Positions 30,286-40,132 of a stretch of DNA of 64,000 nucleotides are shown here, piece after piece. Position numbers and translations under genes: made by a program. Position 1 is the first letter of the stretch. Each line of letters opens with the position of its first letter. The notes under the pieces were generated by a model. The model was not told where the DNA came from, ran no database searches, and worked only from the letters and a program-made list of their open reading frames with translations. This DNA comes from Candidatus Aminicenantes bacterium (GTDB lineage: Bacteria; Acidobacteriota; Aminicenantia; Aminicenantales; Saccharicenantaceae), in NCBI GenBank assembly GCA_963843505.1, contig CAWJKR010000009.1, positions 102,506-166,505 of the forward strand. The letters run 5' to 3'.

Positions 30286-32262
30286 CTAATAAATGCCTAC
30301 CACCACGTAGATAACATTAGAATAGTTAGACGTCCCCGCTGGGTTTTTTGCCACTACGCGATAATTATATGTGCCGGTTGATACCATAGTGTCTGTCCAT
30401 GTGATCGTCGGATTAGCAACCTGCGGGTCGGTCCAAGCCGTCCCAATCTCTTCCCACTGCTCGGTATCAGCCCGGCACCTCTCTACGGCAAAGGCCTGTT
30501 CGTTATTCGCGTTATCATTCCAGGTAAGCTGGACGTTATATTCCGCACACCACTCAGGAGCAGATAAGTTGGATGGAGCGCTTGGCGCCGTTGCAGGGAT
30601 CGTATAGGTCAGGGTATCGGTGAAATCGGAGTTTCCGGCCATGTTGTAACCACGGATCTTATAGTATGTGACAATGTTGCCATACGCGGTTGTATCTGTA
30701 TAAGAAACCGAGTTTTTTCCCACGGTGCCGATTGAGGTGAAGCTGCCCTCTCCAGATTTTTGTCTCTGAATCTCGAATCCGATTTCATTAGTTGCATTGT
30801 CGGTCCAAGCAATATGGATACTCTGCCAAGAATAGCTCTCACCAGAGGGATTACTCGGTGCACTAGGCGCAGCTGAATCATACATAATACTATATAGATT
30901 TAGCCTTCCGTCAGAGACACATTTATTTATTAGATCAGGAACATAGTCCGTCTTTTCCAAAATCCTATCCTTTACTTGAGTATAATTCATTAAGGGAATT
31001 TTACTCCAAGCCAAAGCGGCAGCTCCAGTCACGTGAGGAGCAGCCATCGAGGTTCCTGTCATATATTGATAATCGTCATATGGCTTTGTGCTATATATTC
31101 TTCCTGTGCCGTCCCCCGCCCCTCCCGGTGCCCCAAGGTCCACGGAGGTGTTCCCATAGTGAGAATAGCCGGTTATGTCGTCATTGTGGTCTGTGGCAAG
31201 CACAGCGATGACGTTAGTAAGAGTGTAGGAAGCTGGGTAGTAAGGGTACTGATCATTATCGAGATCAGGATCGCTACTGTAGTTGCCTGCCGCCGCAACA
31301 AAGAGTACTCCTTTTGTGCGCGCATAGTTGACTGCATTATATAGAGATTGCAGATTCTCTGGTGTACCCCAACTGGCGTTGATCACCCTAGCGCCGTTAT
31401 TAGAAGCATAGGAAATAGCTGAAATCGCTTCGGAAAGAGACCAAAACTCCAAGATCATAAGCTTGACATCCCAACATATCCCAGCGATTCCTTCGCCGTT
31501 ATTCCCCTTTGCACCAATGATGCCGGCTACATGCGTGCCGTGATAAAGCGGATAAAGAGTATCCGTTGGATTATTATCACCTCCAAAGAAGTCCCACCCG
31601 CGATAGTCATCTATATAGCCATTCCCGTCGTTATCCACCCCATCGGTTTCCTTTCCACCGCCAGTTTCTCCTGGATTGGTCCAGATATTGGCACTTAAAT
31701 CATCATGACTGAAATCTATACCTGAATCGATAATGGCGACAACAAAATCCGAACTTCCAGTATGAACGTTCCACGCTTCTGGAGCATCAATATCTGCGTC
31801 GGTTGTCCCCCCCGTTTGCCCCGAATTGTTAAGGGCCCATTGTTTTGAGAAGTGTGTATCATCGGTGTCGTAATTAATAATTACGTTGGGTTCTGCGAAT
31901 TCAACACCGGGAAGCTGCCTTAAGGTTGATATCGCTTTCTCCACACCTATGGAGTCAGGCACCTTAATGTGGATCAGATTCGGGAAATCAAGAAACGAAA
32001 GCCGAGAACTCAATGCGGAATCCCAATCCCGGGCCTGGATTTCGTTCTTCATGTACGTGAGAATATTCGCTTGAACCGAGCTGACGGCAGCTTGGACAAT
32101 TAACTTGTCCGTCCCGTCCCTAAATTTGACTAATACTTCATTGGGAACGTAAAACTCCTTCGATAATAAGAGCTGCTCCTGATTCGCGCTCGAGCTCTTA
32201 TTAAGGAGCAGGAAAGACAGCCCCACGAAAATTAACAGACCAATTGCACATGACCTTTTCAT
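30286..32262 (-). CDS. Subtilisin-like S8 serine peptidase with two C-terminal FN3-like domains; low GC
   Basis: Catalytic triad contexts VAIIDSGID (Asp), HGTHVAGIIGA (His), GTSMAAPHVTGAAALA (Ser). Signal peptide MKRSCAIGLLIFVGLSFLLL. AAGGGAGAA RBS. Intact frame. Confidence 0.9.
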   Translation of the reverse strand: MKRSCAIGLLIFVGLSFLLLNKSSSANQEQLLLSKEFYVPNEVLVKFRDGTDKLIVQAAVSSVQANILTYMKNEIQARDWDSALSSRLSFLDFPNLIHIKVPDSIGVEKAISTLRQLPGVEFAEPNVIINYDTDDTHFSKQWALNNSGQTGGTTDADIDAPEAWNVHTGSSDFVVAIIDSGIDFSHDDLSANIWTNPGETGGGKETDGVDNDGNGYIDDYRGWDFFGGDNNPTDTLYPLYHGTHVAGIIGAKGNNGEGIAGICWDVKLMILEFWSLSEAISAISYASNNGARVINASWGTPENLQSLYNAVNYARTKGVLFVAAAGNYSSDPDLDNDQYPYYPASYTLTNVIAVLATDHNDDITGYSHYGNTSVDLGAPGGAGDGTGRIYSTKPYDDYQYMTGTSMAAPHVTGAAALAWSKIPLMNYTQVKDRILEKTDYVPDLINKCVSDGRLNLYSIMYDSAAPSAPSNPSGESYSWQSIHIAWTDNATNEIGFEIQRQKSGEGSFTSIGTVGKNSVSYTDTTAYGNIVTYYKIRGYNMAGNSDFTDTLTYTIPATAPSAPSNLSAPEWCAEYNVQLTWNDNANNEQAFAVERCRADTEQWEEIGTAWTDPQVANPTITWTDTMVSTGTYNYRVVAKNPAGTSNYSNVIYVVVGIY

Positions 32263-32358
32263 TTCGATTCTCCCTTTTGCTTTGCCTATAATAGTTGACC
32301 AAGCGGACGAAAAGGACCTTAATCCTATCACTTCTAATAGTGCATTAAGACCACCTCC

Positions 32359-33294
32359 CTATAGATTTACTCTGAGGCCAAACCTAATCGACCATCCGCT
32401 CATATCAAGCGCTGTTCTTCTAATTCCAGCAGGGAATTCAATGAGGCCCTCTGGACGGGGAATCGTTAGGTCCGCGTATCGGTCCCCCGTGTAAAACTCC
32501 TCTCTAGTGTAATAATAAAGATCGCCGCTATCTTCACGATAGCTGCCCGGGTTCTTTCCTTCATAAGTTATGGTACCGTTGAAGTCGTGTATTTTCGCGT
32601 ATCGCCATTGAGCTTCAGCCACTAAGGCGGCCTTCTTCGTCATTTTTAGGTCAATCTCGACCCCAGCGTGAGGCGCTATCGTTCCGCAATAGCGTGTTTC
32701 CCAATACCGAATAAGCCAATCTGTAGCGCTCCCTGGAGGTGTAACCTCGAGCTTATAATATTCGGATAATTGTGCAAGATACAATCCAGCTCCCAGATTC
32801 AACTGGAGGCTCAGTTTTGAATCTGGGAGGAAGTTATAATAGACACTCCAAATCAATGGAGGCAGAGTTTGAATTCTCGGCCTTATAGTGAACGAATGTC
32901 GTTGCCCGACTGTCATCTCCCAGTTGATCGTATTTTCGTTGCTTTTCTGAAATGGCATCGATATCCCAAAGGCCAAACCGATTCTTCGATTAAGGTCCAA
33001 TCGGAATTCCAGATGCCATTCTGGAATCCTGGAATCAAGGGCCTTGATCTCGCCGGATATCAGTTCCGGATAGAACTCCCTATAAAGAACAAAAGATCTC
33101 ATATTATTAAAAGACTCAAGGACTCTGTTCATATCATTACCCGGCAAGTCGGACCCCCACCCTCCCGTTAGTTTGACGCTCAGCACCGGCTTGAAGGGCG
33201 TTTTATCTTCGGCAAGTGCTGGCGTAACAAGAATGACCAGGGCCAGGCAGATAATCGAGACCAGCACAACTCGCTTTTTTTCGACGACGCCCAT
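32359..33294 (-). CDS. Hypothetical exported beta-strand-rich (outer-membrane beta-barrel-like) protein; low GC
   Basis: Signal peptide VVLVSIICLALVILVTPALA. Alternating hydrophobic beta-strand patterns (LSLQLNLGAGLYLA, ALVAEAQWRYA, WSIRFGLRVNL). AGGAGGGGG RBS. Confidence 0.45.
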   Translation of the reverse strand: MGVVEKKRVVLVSIICLALVILVTPALAEDKTPFKPVLSVKLTGGWGSDLPGNDMNRVLESFNNMRSFVLYREFYPELISGEIKALDSRIPEWHLEFRLDLNRRIGLAFGISMPFQKSNENTINWEMTVGQRHSFTIRPRIQTLPPLIWSVYYNFLPDSKLSLQLNLGAGLYLAQLSEYYKLEVTPPGSATDWLIRYWETRYCGTIAPHAGVEIDLKMTKKAALVAEAQWRYAKIHDFNGTITYEGKNPGSYREDSGDLYYYTREEFYTGDRYADLTIPRPEGLIEFPAGIRRTALDMSGWSIRFGLRVNL

Positions 33295-33571
33295 GTCTAT
33301 CCCCCTCCTAGCAACGGAAACGCTTTATTGAGCCTCTTGGGTCGTTAGAAGGCCCCACTCCAGGTTCATGACTTTTTACTCTGGGTCCGCCTCCCGTCGA
33401 AGACGACCGTTATGAGCCTGCCCTCGGCGTGGCATGCCACGATTAACCCATCCGTTCCCATCTGTCTTAGGCCTAATTTAATGTCCTCTGGACGCTGAGG
33501 TCAAGGTAATTCGCATGATGTTTTTTACCAAACCACGCAGTACGGCTTTCGGATCAGAGCGAATATGTACA

Positions 33572-34315
33572 TCAATGCCATATAGGTCCCGCACCCAAAG
33601 TTCTGACTTGCGATGGCCATAGGGAGAAAGCCTGATAGAACCGCCTGCTAAACGCCCCCTGTTTGAAGCCGAATTCTATAGCAATTTCTTTAATTGATCC
33701 GGAGGTCGAAATCAGGCTCCAGAGAGAGTGACATAAGCGGATTCGATCTAAGAAACGCTTCAAAGGGATGCCGGCGGCGCGCCTAAACCTCCTCGAGCAG
33801 ACGGTGTGAGGCATGCGGACCAAATCCCTGATTTGCCGTATGCGCCCTATTTCCCCGTGGGCAACGACAACTTTGTGCTCCAAGATCAGCGAATCCCGCA
33901 CATGTGGCTTCAACTTAATTACTGCTGATTGTATCTCCTCAGATATCTCGTAACCAGCGAGAATGGAACGGGGACTCCCCTGGTCCTGTAAGGGCACACA
34001 TAAGCGCATATTTAGAGATTTAAGCGAAAGCCTGCCGAGTACTGCCCTTGCGACGAATACTGGAATACCTGGCCAGAAGGCACCGATACGGAATTTCCGT
34101 ATGCACTCCTTAGCAACGCAGCTGTAGTCACAACCTACGATGACAGCTGCAGGGACGCACTCGATTCTCGGTTCATCCTCGGGCTCGGCTACGATCCGGA
34201 CCTCTTGATCGAATCTCGGTCGAGCCCATTCGTAGAGGGTCCTGTCATTAGAAACCAATAGAATCGGACCGCTGGATTGCTTATTGACAATGCCCATTTG
34301 GTAACCAAGTCCCAT
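33572..34315 (-). CDS. AraC-family transcriptional regulator; low GC
   Basis: C-terminal double HTH pattern (CSRRFRRAAGIPLKRFLDRIRL...IKEIAIEFGFKQGAFSRRFYQAF). Confidence 0.7.
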   Translation of the reverse strand: MGLGYQMGIVNKQSSGPILLVSNDRTLYEWARPRFDQEVRIVAEPEDEPRIECVPAAVIVGCDYSCVAKECIRKFRIGAFWPGIPVFVARAVLGRLSLKSLNMRLCVPLQDQGSPRSILAGYEISEEIQSAVIKLKPHVRDSLILEHKVVVAHGEIGRIRQIRDLVRMPHTVCSRRFRRAAGIPLKRFLDRIRLCHSLWSLISTSGSIKEIAIEFGFKQGAFSRRFYQAFSLWPSQVRTLGAGPIWH

Positions 34316-34446
34316 AGCAGACGGCCTCCATCTATAGAAAAAGACCGCTGAATTGGCTATTTCTCCTCATGCTTAGCAAAGAAATTTTTTCTGGGCCTAG
34401 AATCTCATTCTCCCCTGGAGAGTATCCGAATCGCTTCGTCGATTAC

Positions 34447-34695
34447 GCCTCAGGCGTCCCAGCGCTGGTCGTCTCGGACAACCTCTGGACCGGGGTCGGT
34501 CGGGCCTGCCACTGGAAGCCCTGGATCAACGCCACCTACGACGAGATGCTGGCCCACGAGATGATCGGCGATCCGACCCTGGCCGACGCAATCCTCGACC
34601 GGCTCGTCCACAACGCCTACAAGATCGAATTGAAAGGAGAATCGATGCGGAAGACCCGCAAATCCTTGACTCAATCCGGCCACTCAGGTACATAG
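34447..34695 (+). mobile_element. istB: Remnant of an IS21-family IstB helper ATPase gene (C-terminal fragment only)
   Basis: [33 protein letters not shown] is the characteristic IstB C-terminus. No Walker motifs and no istA are present. G+C content returns to high here. Confidence 0.55.
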
Positions 34696-34730
34696 ATCAT
34701 GCCCAGCGTCGCTTCGCTCCGACACTGGCC

Positions 34731-34970
34731 GCCTTCGCTCGGACTGGGTGGCCGGAATCGTCGGAATACGCCCCGTGACAGCCAGAACGTGAAGTAGCCC
34801 CGGCCCGCCCCGATCTCTCCGATGACCATGCCGGGCTTGACGCCCGTCGCCTCCATGACCTTCTCGGGTTGCTCGCTGCTGTCGCGCGAGGGGTTGCGGA
34901 ATTGGGCTTCGCCCGCCGTCGCGATGAGGGCAAGCAGAAGGACCGGCCAAAGGCCGACTCTCTTGTTCAT
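34731..34970 (-). pseudogene. 5' fragment of a class I SAM-dependent methyltransferase, truncated at the IS remnant
   Basis: MNKRVGLWPVLLLALIATAG signal-like start, then VIGEIGAGRGYFTFWLS (motif I GxGxG). Recognisable sequence stops about 30-60 nt before the IstB stop. The exact break point is uncertain. Confidence 0.5.
34872..34912. repeat. Right copy of the direct repeat flanking the low-GC island (inside the methyltransferase 5' coding region)
   Basis: CTCGCTGCTGTCGCGCGAGGGGTTGCGGAATTGGGCTTCGC. See the left copy at 30043-30082. Confidence 0.8.
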
Positions 34971-35156
34971 GGGCATCGCCGGACCTCTGCGTTGGAAACA
35001 AGCAACTTTCATGCCACAAGATCCTCCCCAGGACGGACTCCAGGCCCCCATAGATTTTTTACGTTATCTTCAAGCAAGACGGGCGCGCGCAGCCTTGACA
35101 GGCCACGCATCAAGCGGCTCCCTGTCGATCGCGTGATCTGGCGATAGGAGGCTGGG

Positions 35157-35439
35157 TCAGGGCTTCTTCAGCGTCGGGTCGTGGGGACCGACGACCCGGA
35201 GGATGATCTCATGGCCTCCTCCGAACTCGAACGTGAACCGGATGTCGCGGTCGACGCGCGCCTCGAATATCGACCCCGTGCCTTTGATCTTCTTGACCCT
35301 CAGGGACGGATGGCGGGGGTCCGAGGCCAGAAGGCCGATCTGTTTCTTGAGCTTTTCCCGCGATCTCCGGTTCGAGCTCAAGGGCGCTTTTTCTGAACCT
35401 TTCGGTCAGGGTCAGCCTGAGCGGTTCCTTCGATCTCAT
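35157..35439 (-). CDS. RelE/ParE-family toxin; one apparent frameshift in an A-run near 35385
   Basis: MRSKEPLRLTLTERFRKS (one frame) joins ...REKLKKQIGLLASDPRHPSLRVKKIKGTGSIFEARVDRDIRFTFEF...IILRVVGPHD (track ORF 35157-35381), giving the typical RelE/ParE layout. Confidence 0.6.
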
Positions 35440-35758
35440 GGAAGAGGTCCTCGACGGAGTCAAATGTCTTGGTCCGGCCGGCGGCGATGTCCTCTTCGGC
35501 CTCGGCCTCGAGCTTCTGCCACCGCTCCTTCCAGAACCAGGCCTGGTCGCGGTCGACCGTCTCCTGGGGGACAAGCACGATGGCGTCATCGACGATCTTC
35601 GACAAGATGATGCTCCCCTCCTCGAGTCCGAGCTTTCTCCTCATAGACAAAGGAAGCGTGATCTGCCCTTTTTTTCTCACGCTGACCAGTTCTTCCGCGA
35701 TCTTTTCCAAGTTTCCCTGCTCCGTATGGTTCGATAATCCTACTTTCCGACTTTCCAA
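35378..35758 (-). CDS. AbrB/SpoVT-type antitoxin
   Basis: VSVRKKGQITLPLSMRRKLGLEEGSIIL is a SpoVT-AbrB swapped-hairpin motif. Located upstream of the RelE/ParE gene. The start is uncertain (TTG at 35758 or an internal TTG/GTG). Confidence 0.6.
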   Translation of the reverse strand: MESRKVGLSNHTEQGNLEKIAEELVSVRKKGQITLPLSMRRKLGLEEGSIILSKIVDDAIVLVPQETVDRDQAWFWKERWQKLEAEAEEDIAAGRTKTFDSVEDLFHEIEGTAQADPDRKVQKKRP

Positions 35759-35853
35759 TTGATGATAATCGACTCCCGCACGCTTGTCAATCTTGAGTGC
35801 TTGACGTTCCCCCCAAGCCCCTCGTCAAGCTCCGCGCGTAGAAGTGGAGATGA

Positions 35854-36263
35854 TCAGCGAGCGAGGAAGCGTTCCGGCCCGACGGCGATATCGGGGAACT
35901 TCTCGAGGAGCTCCTTGTCCGTCGTGACCAGGGGCACGCGGAGCTCGCGAGCCAGGACGACGAACTCGGCGTCGTAGGCCGAGCATCCCGACGATGCGCG
36001 CGAGCTCGAGGACATCGTCCGAGGCCACGTCGTACTCATTGAACTGACATCATCGTCTCGGCCTCGTCCATGATCCGGAACGCGTCATCCCGCTCGATGA
36101 GCCCGCTCTTGAAGCACTTGATCAACGTGTTCCGGAGCTCGCTTCGCCATAGGACCGGCGCGGCCCAATCCGGATCCCGGAGCGACCATCCTTGCCGGCG
36201 GGCTGATTGGCGTCACACTCGATATAGAGATAGGACCATGAGGTTCGTGTCGGACACGATCAC
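35854..36263 (-). pseudogene. vapC: PIN-domain VapC toxin broken by at least three frameshifts
   Basis: VIVSDTNLMV.., DPDWAAPVLWRSELRNTLIKCFKSGLIERDDAFRIMDEAE.., and AYDAEFVVLARELRVPLVTTDKELLEKFPD are recovered from three different minus-strand frames. Confidence 0.6.
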
Positions 36264-36497
36264 GGCCGGCCTTCCCTTTTGGCTTCGTCGCAGGAACTCA
36301 TCGGTCACAAAGCCCTTCGTGCGCGCCCGGAGCTCATCGGCACGGGCCAGGATCTCCTCGACCGACGGACGCTTGCGGGCCGTCGCCTCAAAAAGGATAT
36401 TAATGATCTCGCTATTGATGCTGCGCCGATGCCTTTGCGCCCGCAGCTTGATCCTCTCGTAGATCTCGTCGGGTATGTTTTTCAGTGTGTAGTTCAT
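36264..36497 (-). CDS. FitA-like ribbon-helix-helix antitoxin
   Basis: MNYTLKNIPDEIYERIKLRAQRHRRSINSEIINILFEA is the typical FitA/VapB RHH N-terminus. It reads in frame, with no stop, into the PIN gene start (GTG at 36263). Confidence 0.65.
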
Positions 36498-36645
36498 GGC
36501 CGATTGCTCTCTGATTAGGTTGCTATTTGGTTTCATTATGGTTCCTTCCTGAAGTCTTGTCAAGAGGCGTCTGAGATGTCCCCTTCGTAAGAAAGGACGT
36601 ACGGCGGGCGGGCCCTTTCTCGCTGATGTGGGTTTGCGGCGGCGG

Positions 36646-37458
36646 TCAGGCGCGCTTGCGGCCGTGGACGAAGTCGCCGATGCGGCGCATCCGCTCGATC
36701 TCGGCCCCGGTCATCGGCCCGCTGTCGAGGACGGCCAGGTTCTCGCGCATCTCCTCGACCGTCTTCGCCCCGGACATGCAGACGTCGACCGAGGGATTGG
36801 ACAGGACGAAGCGGTAGCAGTCGGCGGCCGTCGGCGGCTTCTCGCCCGCCGGCATCTTCTTCGCCTTCAGGAGCTGGCCCCAGCGGGTGGCGGTGAAGGC
36901 CACGGTCCCGGGGCGCTTCGCGGTCTCTTCCGACAGGTACGGGAAGATGTCGATCTCGGCCCCGCGGTGGGCGGCGTTGTAGCGGAGGTGAAGGACATCG
37001 AAATCGCCCTCCCCGGCCAGCTCCCCGAGGAGCTTCCGGTTGTGGCTGGAGATGCCGACGAACCGGACGAGCCCCTTCTCCTTCATCCGCAGCGCTCCGT
37101 CGATGAGCCGGCGCGGCGGACGCCGCGAGAAATATCCCAGGATGAGGACGTCGGCGTGGTCGAGGCCGGCGCTCCGGAGCCCCCGCCGGAGCATGCGCTC
37201 GGTCATGAAGTTGTTGTGGGCGTAGGTGAAGGCGGCCAGAACGAGGCGGTCGCGCTGGCCCTTGCCGACGATGGCCTTCAGGGCCTCGCGCATCCCCGGC
37301 ACGTAGCCCTTGATGACCGTGCCCCAGGTGAAATAGTTGCAGCCTTGCTCGAAGGCCTCCTCGATGGCGGCCGCCGGGGCCTTGTACCCCGAAGCGATGC
37401 CCAGGCGCCCGACCTTGAGGCCCGTCCTGCCCAGCACGACCGGTTCGCGGAAGCTCAT
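36646..37458 (-). CDS. Aldo/keto reductase family oxidoreductase
   Basis: LGRTGLKVGRLGIASG...VRFVGISSHN... pattern. Intact 270-aa frame. Confidence 0.75.
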   Translation of the reverse strand: MSFREPVVLGRTGLKVGRLGIASGYKAPAAAIEEAFEQGCNYFTWGTVIKGYVPGMREALKAIVGKGQRDRLVLAAFTYAHNNFMTERMLRRGLRSAGLDHADVLILGYFSRRPPRRLIDGALRMKEKGLVRFVGISSHNRKLLGELAGEGDFDVLHLRYNAAHRGAEIDIFPYLSEETAKRPGTVAFTATRWGQLLKAKKMPAGEKPPTAADCYRFVLSNPSVDVCMSGAKTVEEMRENLAVLDSGPMTGAEIERMRRIGDFVHGRKRA

Positions 37459-37539
37459 GTCCTCTCCTCTCTGTCGGGATCCATTGGGCCGATGCGCCGA
37501 TGCTAAGACGGGGTCGGGCCCTTGTCAAGGCCGCCCCGG

Positions 37540-37568
37540 TTGACTCCCCGCCTTCAGACACGTAATAT
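37540..37568 (+). promoter_or_regulatory. Putative sigma70-type promoter for ndk
   Basis: TTGACT, 17-nt spacer, TAATAT. GAAGGAGAG RBS before the ATG at 37600. Confidence 0.5.
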
Positions 37569-37599
37569 CTGAGGCGAATCCACCCCGAAGGAGAGCCCC

Positions 37600-38001
37600 A
37601 TGGAACGGACCCTGGCCATCATCAAGCCCGACGCCACGAAGAAGCGGATGATCGGCAAGATCATCGCCCGCATCGAGGAGGAGGGGTTCACCATCGTCCG
37701 GATGAAGCTCGCCCACCTGACCAAGGACGAGGCCAAGGGGTTCTACATCGTCCACAAGGACAAGGGCTTCTACGACAGCCTGTGCGAGTTCATGTCCTCG
37801 GGACCGGTCGTGCTCATGGCGCTCGAGGCCGAGAACGCCATCAAGCTCTGGCGCGAGACGATGGGCGCCACCGACCCGGCCCAGGCCAAGCCCGGGACGC
37901 TCCGCCGCCTCCACGGCTTCTCCATCGAGCGCAACGCCGTCCACGGCTCCGACGCCCGCGACACGGCGGAGTGGGAGATCGCTTACTTCTTCAAGAAATA
38001 G
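37600..38001 (+). CDS. ndk: Nucleoside diphosphate kinase
   Basis: MERTLAIIKPDA...GPVVLMALEAENAI...NAVHGSD active-site His context. 133 aa. Confidence 0.95.
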   Translation: MERTLAIIKPDATKKRMIGKIIARIEEEGFTIVRMKLAHLTKDEAKGFYIVHKDKGFYDSLCEFMSSGPVVLMALEAENAIKLWRETMGATDPAQAKPGTLRRLHGFSIERNAVHGSDARDTAEWEIAYFFKK

Positions 38002-38103
38002 GGGTCGGGGCGCCGGGAGAGGCGCGGGGCTCAGCGCTTGACCATCGACGGCTCGGGCACCATGGCCGAGCCGTTCCAGTAGCGGACGCCCTCGCGGAAC
38101 GTC

Positions 38104-39365
38104 TCATGATATGCCGTCGCCGAGGACGCTCGTGATCTTCCCGGCCTTGACCATCTCCTGGTGCCAGCTTCGTAGCCGTGGCCGCGCGTAGACCTGAAGG
38201 CACCGCGAGGCCGAAATCGAACTCGTAGTACAGGCCTCGATCCGTACGTCGCGCTGATCCGGTCGTTCTCGGTGATCGAACGCTAGTTGAAGCCCTCGAC
38301 GACGATGGCCCATGAGCCGCCGAGACATCCGCGTCTGCGGCACGGTCACGTAATAGAGCTCGGAGCCCGGCTCCATCTTCTCGCAGGCGTATTCCCCGTC
38401 TGCGGCGAAGCGCCGCTGATCCGGCGGGTGTCGAAGACGATCAGGCATCCGCCCCTGTATTCGTTGTTGACCCCGACGACGATGAGCTCCTCGCGGCCGT
38501 CGCCCGTTGATGTCATGGAAGACGGGATATCTCAAGTAGCCCGAGTTCCAGTACTCCCCGATCATGCGGCCCGAAGCGTCGAGGACGGCCATCTGGCAGG
38601 GCCAATCGGGCTTCTGGAAGGCGAACGACGAGCGTCTCGAGGCGGCCGTCGCCGTCCAGGTCGTGGCAGACGAAACCCGCGATGCGGTAGTCCGGCGAGA
38701 AGACCTTGTCGCCGCACTTGAGCTCCCTGCCGGCTTCGAAGCGCCAGATCTCTCGTCCCCGGCGGTCGAAGCAGATAAAGCCGAGCCCGATCCCGTCTGG
38801 TCCGCGCTTCCTCTTCGGGGCGAACAGGACCTCGTTGTCGCCGTCCCCGTTGATATCCTTGATGACGAGGCTCGGGAAGGCGATGCATGGTCTCTGGCTG
38901 ATGCGCCTGGAACTCTGCCCGGAAGAAGCTCTCGGGCATGAGGTCCTCGAACCTCGTGTCGTAGCGCCAGAGCTCGCGCTTCTGCTTGTCGAGGATGACG
39001 AGAAAGGACCCGTCGATCGTCGAAATCGGCCGGCTGGCGCCGGACCGGCTTCTCCCTGAAGATGAGAAAGGCCCCGGCCAGGACCACGACGGCCGCCCCG
39101 GCGACGGCCCATTTCAGCCAGGGGGACCGGCCCTCAGGGCCGTCTCGGCCGGAGCCGATTCGAGTTCTTGAACGTCCCCTGGAACCAGCGCGTCGAGCTC
39201 GTCCTTGTAGGCGAAAACGGGGGATTTCGTCCCGGCGCCCTCCGCCCGGTGGACGGGCATGCCGCGGTCGGTCTCCCAGCGATGGCAGGTCCGGACGTCG
39301 CACCCGAGGTAGGCGGAGATCTCCTTCCACGATCGGAGAAGATTATCCTGTGAGATTCCGCCCAT
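38104..39365 (-). CDS. Membrane-tethered HTH protein with extracytoplasmic FG-GAP/VCBS-like repeats; at least four apparent frameshifts
   Basis: N-terminus LLRSWKEISAYLGCDVRTCHRWETDRGMPVHR (HTH). TM segment WLKWAVAGAAVVVLAGAFLIF. Then IKDINGDGDNEVLF, CHDLDGDGRLETLVV and HDINGDGREEL-type repeats in shifting frames. The 3' end is uncertain. Confidence 0.55.
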
Positions 39366-39591
39366 TCCGGTTCCCTGGCCTTACAGGCTTTTAACAACAG
39401 TAGTTTACGCATCCTGACCGGGGTGTCAAGGACCGGAATGGAGAGGGATATCGAGCGGGGAAGCCGCAAAAACAGCCCCATTATAATAAAAAATGCAATA
39501 AAATCCTCAGGGAGTGAGAATTTTTATCGGCAATTCACCTCTATATTAAATAGAATAGCCCTTGAAAGCCGGACAGATCACGCTTGCCCAG

Positions 39592-40132
39592 ATGGATAAG
39601 TCCCACGCGAAGGAAGCAGAGTTCAGAGAACTCCTGGACGGCTACGCGCAATATATGAACATCCAGATCCAGCAGTACGATCTGGCAAAATACGGACTGG
39701 ATCCGGAAGACATCCTGCAGGACGTCAGGGTCAGGATCTGGAAGATCATCCAAAGCGAAAGGATCATCCTTTGTCCGGGTTCCTATATCAGAAAGATCAT
39801 CTACATCGGCGGTCATCGATCAACTGCGTAAGCGCCGCAGGGAAGACAACCTGGTCGTTTGCGAAAAGCTGAAGTGCATATCGGAACAAGGGTTCGCCTA
39901 TTTCCGGGAAGCCGATCGAAGGAAGGGCCTCGAAGAAACCGTGGGCCGGGCCGTAGAAGGGCTCATTGATTCGAGACGCCAGGTCGTCAAGCTGTACCTC
40001 ATGAACCTGAGCATTCAAGAGATCTCCGGCTACCTGAAATGGACACAGGACAAGACGCGGAACCTGCTTTATCGCGGGTTGGCCGACCTGAAGGAATCAT
40101 TGAAGGAAATGGAAGCCAAGAATGAGAATTGA
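39592..40132 (+). CDS. ECF-type sigma-70 family factor; one apparent frameshift near 39810
   Basis: Region 2 DILQDVRVRIWKII. Region 4 RQVVKLYLMNLSIQEISGYLKWTQDKTRNLLYRGLADLK in the second frame (track ORF 39941-40132). Confidence 0.75.

Noticed and set aside
33295-33571. Possible small ORFs (12-31 aa, for example MGTDGLIVACHAEGRLITVVFDGRRTQSKKS) in the AT-rich spacer between the AraC and beta-barrel-like genes
   Set aside because: There is no convincing RBS and no recognisable family. They are too short to evaluate without comparative data.
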